Source: the human T2T-CHM13v2.0 reference genome, Homo sapiens
Strand: one strand, 5' to 3'
NCBI RefSeq assembly: GCF_009914755.1
Contig: NC_060947.1
DNA: 64,000 nt
The position numbers and the translations under genes were made by a program. The notes beneath the pieces were generated by a model. It saw only the letters and a program-made list of their open reading frames with translations. It searched no databases and had not been told where the DNA came from. Below, in pieces: positions 60,960 to 64,000 of this stretch (positions are counted from its first letter, which is position 1; each line of letters begins with the position of its first letter).

Positions 60960-62540
60960 AAAGAGAAACATAATGAAGGAATTAGGAACACTCTACTTCT
61001 CCTCAAGAAAGATTAACAGCTAAGGGAATTGCTATAACACTGTAAACAATTAGCTGGAAATATATGAAACTATGGTTTTCAGACTATGGACAAGAGGAAA
61101 CATGACGGTGATCTTTGAGATGAAGAACACCAAAGGTCAGCACTCACATGGCCCCGGCTTATTGCCTAGGGTACTTTCTACGCTTCAACGCAAGGAGGAG
61201 AAAGCTAAATAGCTGGTGATTTTGCTGAACTGATGACACAGAGACCCAAGTTAAAACTGTTAGGAGGCTGAGGTTGCTGAGATTTGCAAGGCACAGTGGT
61301 GGAGGGGAAGGATAACTACAAAGAAATAGCCCCTGGGATCTACAGAGCAGTCTCTAGCCACCCTCTCTGTTCAGATCTCTACAATATTGTAGAGAACCAA
61401 CAGAAGTAAGTCCACTGAATGAGTCCCTGAATTCCCACCGGAATGAAAACAGTTTTTGTTCACACCAGCCAGAGTGCAGAGATCTCATAATACACAGGAG
61501 TCATCAACAGCTTCAAGACAAAGACAGAGAAAATACTCACCAAATAAATTGTGGATAAAAGACTGAGAACTATGATCTATGAGCAAGTTTTACAGCTCAG
61601 TAATGAAAAGACAAATTATTGCATTAAAAAGGCAAAAAAATTAAACAACTCTCATAAAAACATAAATAAATGGCCAATATGCACATGGAAAATAACTCAG
61701 CTTCCTTGGTCATCAGGTATATGCACCAAGATTCCACTAGACACCCAACATCCCAACATTAAAATTGAAAAGACTGACAATGTCAATGTTCACGATGACA
61801 TGAAGCAAAAGGAGTTTTTTTTGGTACTTTTCTTTAGCAGAGTTGGGGGTTTCACCATGTTGGCCAGGCTAGTCTCAAACTCCTGACCTCAGGTGATCTG
61901 CCTGCCTCAGCCTCCCAAAGTCCTGGGATTACAGGAGTGAGCCACCGTGCCCACATGCAAAAGGAACTTTTATATACATTTAGTGAGTGTAGAATGGTAC
62001 AATGACTTGGGAAAACTGCTGGAAATTACACAAACTTCTAGATATGACCCAAGACCTAGCCATTCCACTCCTATTTACCCAAGATAAATGAAATCTTATG
62101 TCCAAAAAGACTAGTACAAGAAAATTAAAAGTAGCTTTATTTATAATAGGTTTAAAAATGGAACTGGCCCAGGTATCTATGAACAGGAGAAAGGGAAAAC
62201 AAACTTTGCTATTTTAATACACTTGGCAATGAAGGGACACAAACTGTTGATACATAGGATATGGATTATTTTATTAAAAATATGCTGAATGAATAAAGGC
62301 TTGACCAATGACCATCCACTATAGGATTCCATCTTTATGAGTGTCTAGAACAGGCAAAACAATACCTGTTGGAAAAATATCAGGTCAGCATAGTGCTTGC
62401 TGGGGCAGTTGTGGATGTTACTGAAAACTGACACAGGAAACTCTCTGGTGAAGCCTGTGCTCTCTACTTTGGTAGGAGTTTGGTTTACATGGTGTGCTTT
62501 TGTCTCTTTATTAAATGCATGCTTAATATTTATGTATCTC
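60960..62540 (+). mobile_element. Old L1M fragments (5'-end-like piece, then MC/ME 3' end)
   Basis: gaaaagactgacaatgtcaatgtt; agccattccactcctatttacccaagataaatgaaatcttatgtcc; ggattccatctttatgagtgtctagaacaggcaaaac. Confidence 0.65.
61815..61953 (-). mobile_element. AluS left monomer only, with apparent TSD
   Basis: ggtttcaccatgttggccaggct…ctcaggtgatctgcctgcctcagcc…gagccaccgtgccca; gcaaaagga at 61805-61813 and 61957-61965. Confidence 0.88.
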
Positions 62541-62544
62541 TATC

Positions 62545-63930
62545 AGAAACTGTGTCCCCTGGAGTGAGACCATCACTGTCTGCCATCATGTAGCTGTTTC
62601 CTTTGGAGCCACTCAGTCATTGACTGCTTTCCCTGGAATGAGGGGAATACCCAGTCATTGGTCATCAATTGTTTCTGCTGGACCAACTCTGTCCTGGGCT
62701 CTGTTCCCTCCACTGACTCAGTGATTGACTGTTATCCTTGGAGTGACTCAAGTGTCGGCTGTCTTCCCAGGTCTGAGGCAATCACTTCCTGTCATCCTCT
62801 TAACAACTGTTTTCCTTAGAGTGACACAGTCATTCACTGTTTCTCCTGGATATCTCCCTGTCATTTCATCATCAATTTTTTCTCTAGATTGACTCAGTTC
62901 ACCATCAACTGTGTCCCCTGGAGTGACTTGGTGGTCAATTATTTTCCCTGAATTGATTTGGTCATCGATTCTTTTGCCTGGACTGACTCTGTCATCGACT
63001 GTTGTCCCTGGAATGATTTGGTACTCAACTGCTTTCCCTGGACTGATTGGTCATCAACTCTTTTCCCCGGATTTACTCGGTCATTGACTGTGTTCCCTGG
63101 ACTGACTTGGTACTCAACTGATTTCCCCTGGATTAATTCAGTCATTAACTCTTTTTCCTAGTTTGACTGGGTACTCAACTCATTTCCCTGGAATGATTTG
63201 GTACCCAACTCATTTCCCTGATTCGACTCGGTACTCAACTGGTTTCCCTGGAATGACTTGGTACTCAGCTGGTTTCCCTGGATTGACACCATATTCAACT
63301 TGTTTCCCTGGATTAACTTGGTATTCAACTCATTTCCCTGGACTGACTCTACCCTGAAATGATTTGTGCCCTGGACTGTCTGGTATTCAACTCTTTTCCC
63401 TGGATTGACTCAGTCATTTGCCCTCATTTCCTGTTTTACTTGGAACAACTCAGTCATTCACTATTTTCCACACTGAGGGCATCTCCATGACTTCCTATCA
63501 TCAATGCTTTCCCTGGACTAAGTCAGTCATAGACTCTAATCTCTGGAATGACTCATGATCACTATTTTCCAATCTCTGGAATGACTTATGATCACTATTT
63601 TTTCTGGTGTGGCTTGGTAACTGTCTTTTTTAAATGAACTGAAGAGATCATGCCCTGCCACCTCATCAACTATTTATTTCCCTTGTTGTGACTTTGTCAG
63701 AGGCTGTGTTCCCTGGGCTGAGGTCATCTCCTCTTCTTTTTGTCATCAGTATTTTCCCTGGAGTGACTCGGTCATCTCTTCTTTTCCCTGAACTGTTGTG
63801 TAATCACGTCTTTTCCCTGGAATCCCTAGATCATCAACTATTTTCCCTGGACAGACTCGGTTATTGATTATGTTCCCTGGAGTGACTCAGTCATTGATTG
63901 CTTTTCCTGGACTGATCTCTTCATCACCTC
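62545..63930. repeat. Degenerate 30-bp tandem array (minisatellite), consensus ~GTTTTCCCTGGANTGACTYRGTCATCAACT
   Basis: 15 consecutive 29-31-bp units can be read in register from 62911 to 63360; more diverged units extend both ways (roughly 45 unit-lengths in total). Confidence 0.95.
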
Positions 63931-64000
63931 AGTCGTCTTAGAAGGGAGATTGCTGGTAATAAAAGTATATTTTTATTTTCATAAATATGTACACAAATAC

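Noticed and set aside
62939-63357. 10-aa repeat peptides (e.g. GFPGMTWYST; QLSTKSFQGK) as a coding repeat exon, including a VCX-like 30-nt repeat
   Set aside because: Frames are broken by 29- and 31-bp units and by stops. A 30-bp period yields 10-aa repeats automatically. Similarity to the VCX repeat as I recall it is limited to ACTGAGTCA.
62545-63930. 30-bp array as a CRISPR-like array
   Set aside because: Units are directly adjacent with no unique spacers, are degenerate rather than identical, and lie in primate DNA with no cas-like genes.

Overview
Human (primate) nuclear DNA, AT-rich, apparently intergenic or deep-intronic. An AluYa5 with all five diagnostic bases points to human specifically. 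I recognise no protein-coding exon, tRNA, rRNA, snRNA, CpG island or CRISPR array. The only real protein-like ORFs are fragments of LINE-1 ORF2; the rest of the ORF track is Alu, LTR or microsatellite read-through. Much of the window is interspersed repeat: L1PA/PB/MA/ME, 11 Alu copies or monomers, THE1/MST/MLT and ERV1 solo LTRs, Charlie/MER DNA transposons, a MADE1, MIR/L2, and many (TATC)n and (CA)n tracts. Subfamily names are from memory of consensus sequences, not from a search. The most unusual structures are: (1) a ~1.4 kb degenerate 30-bp tandem array at the right end, with a local 90-bp higher-order trimer and repeated AP-1 and STAT-like motifs; (2) two 5'-inverted L1s, 57.6 kb apart and apparently of different subfamilies, whose inverted segments start 7 nt apart and end 42 nt apart in L1 coordinates; (3) an 85/87-bp inverted duplication copied from the flank into the AT-microsatellite tail of an L1. 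There are also several repeat-free islands dense in transcription-factor motifs and a few splice-site-bounded candidate non-coding exons. I cannot assign the locus to a chromosome or gene, and I see no evidence for a new protein-coding system.
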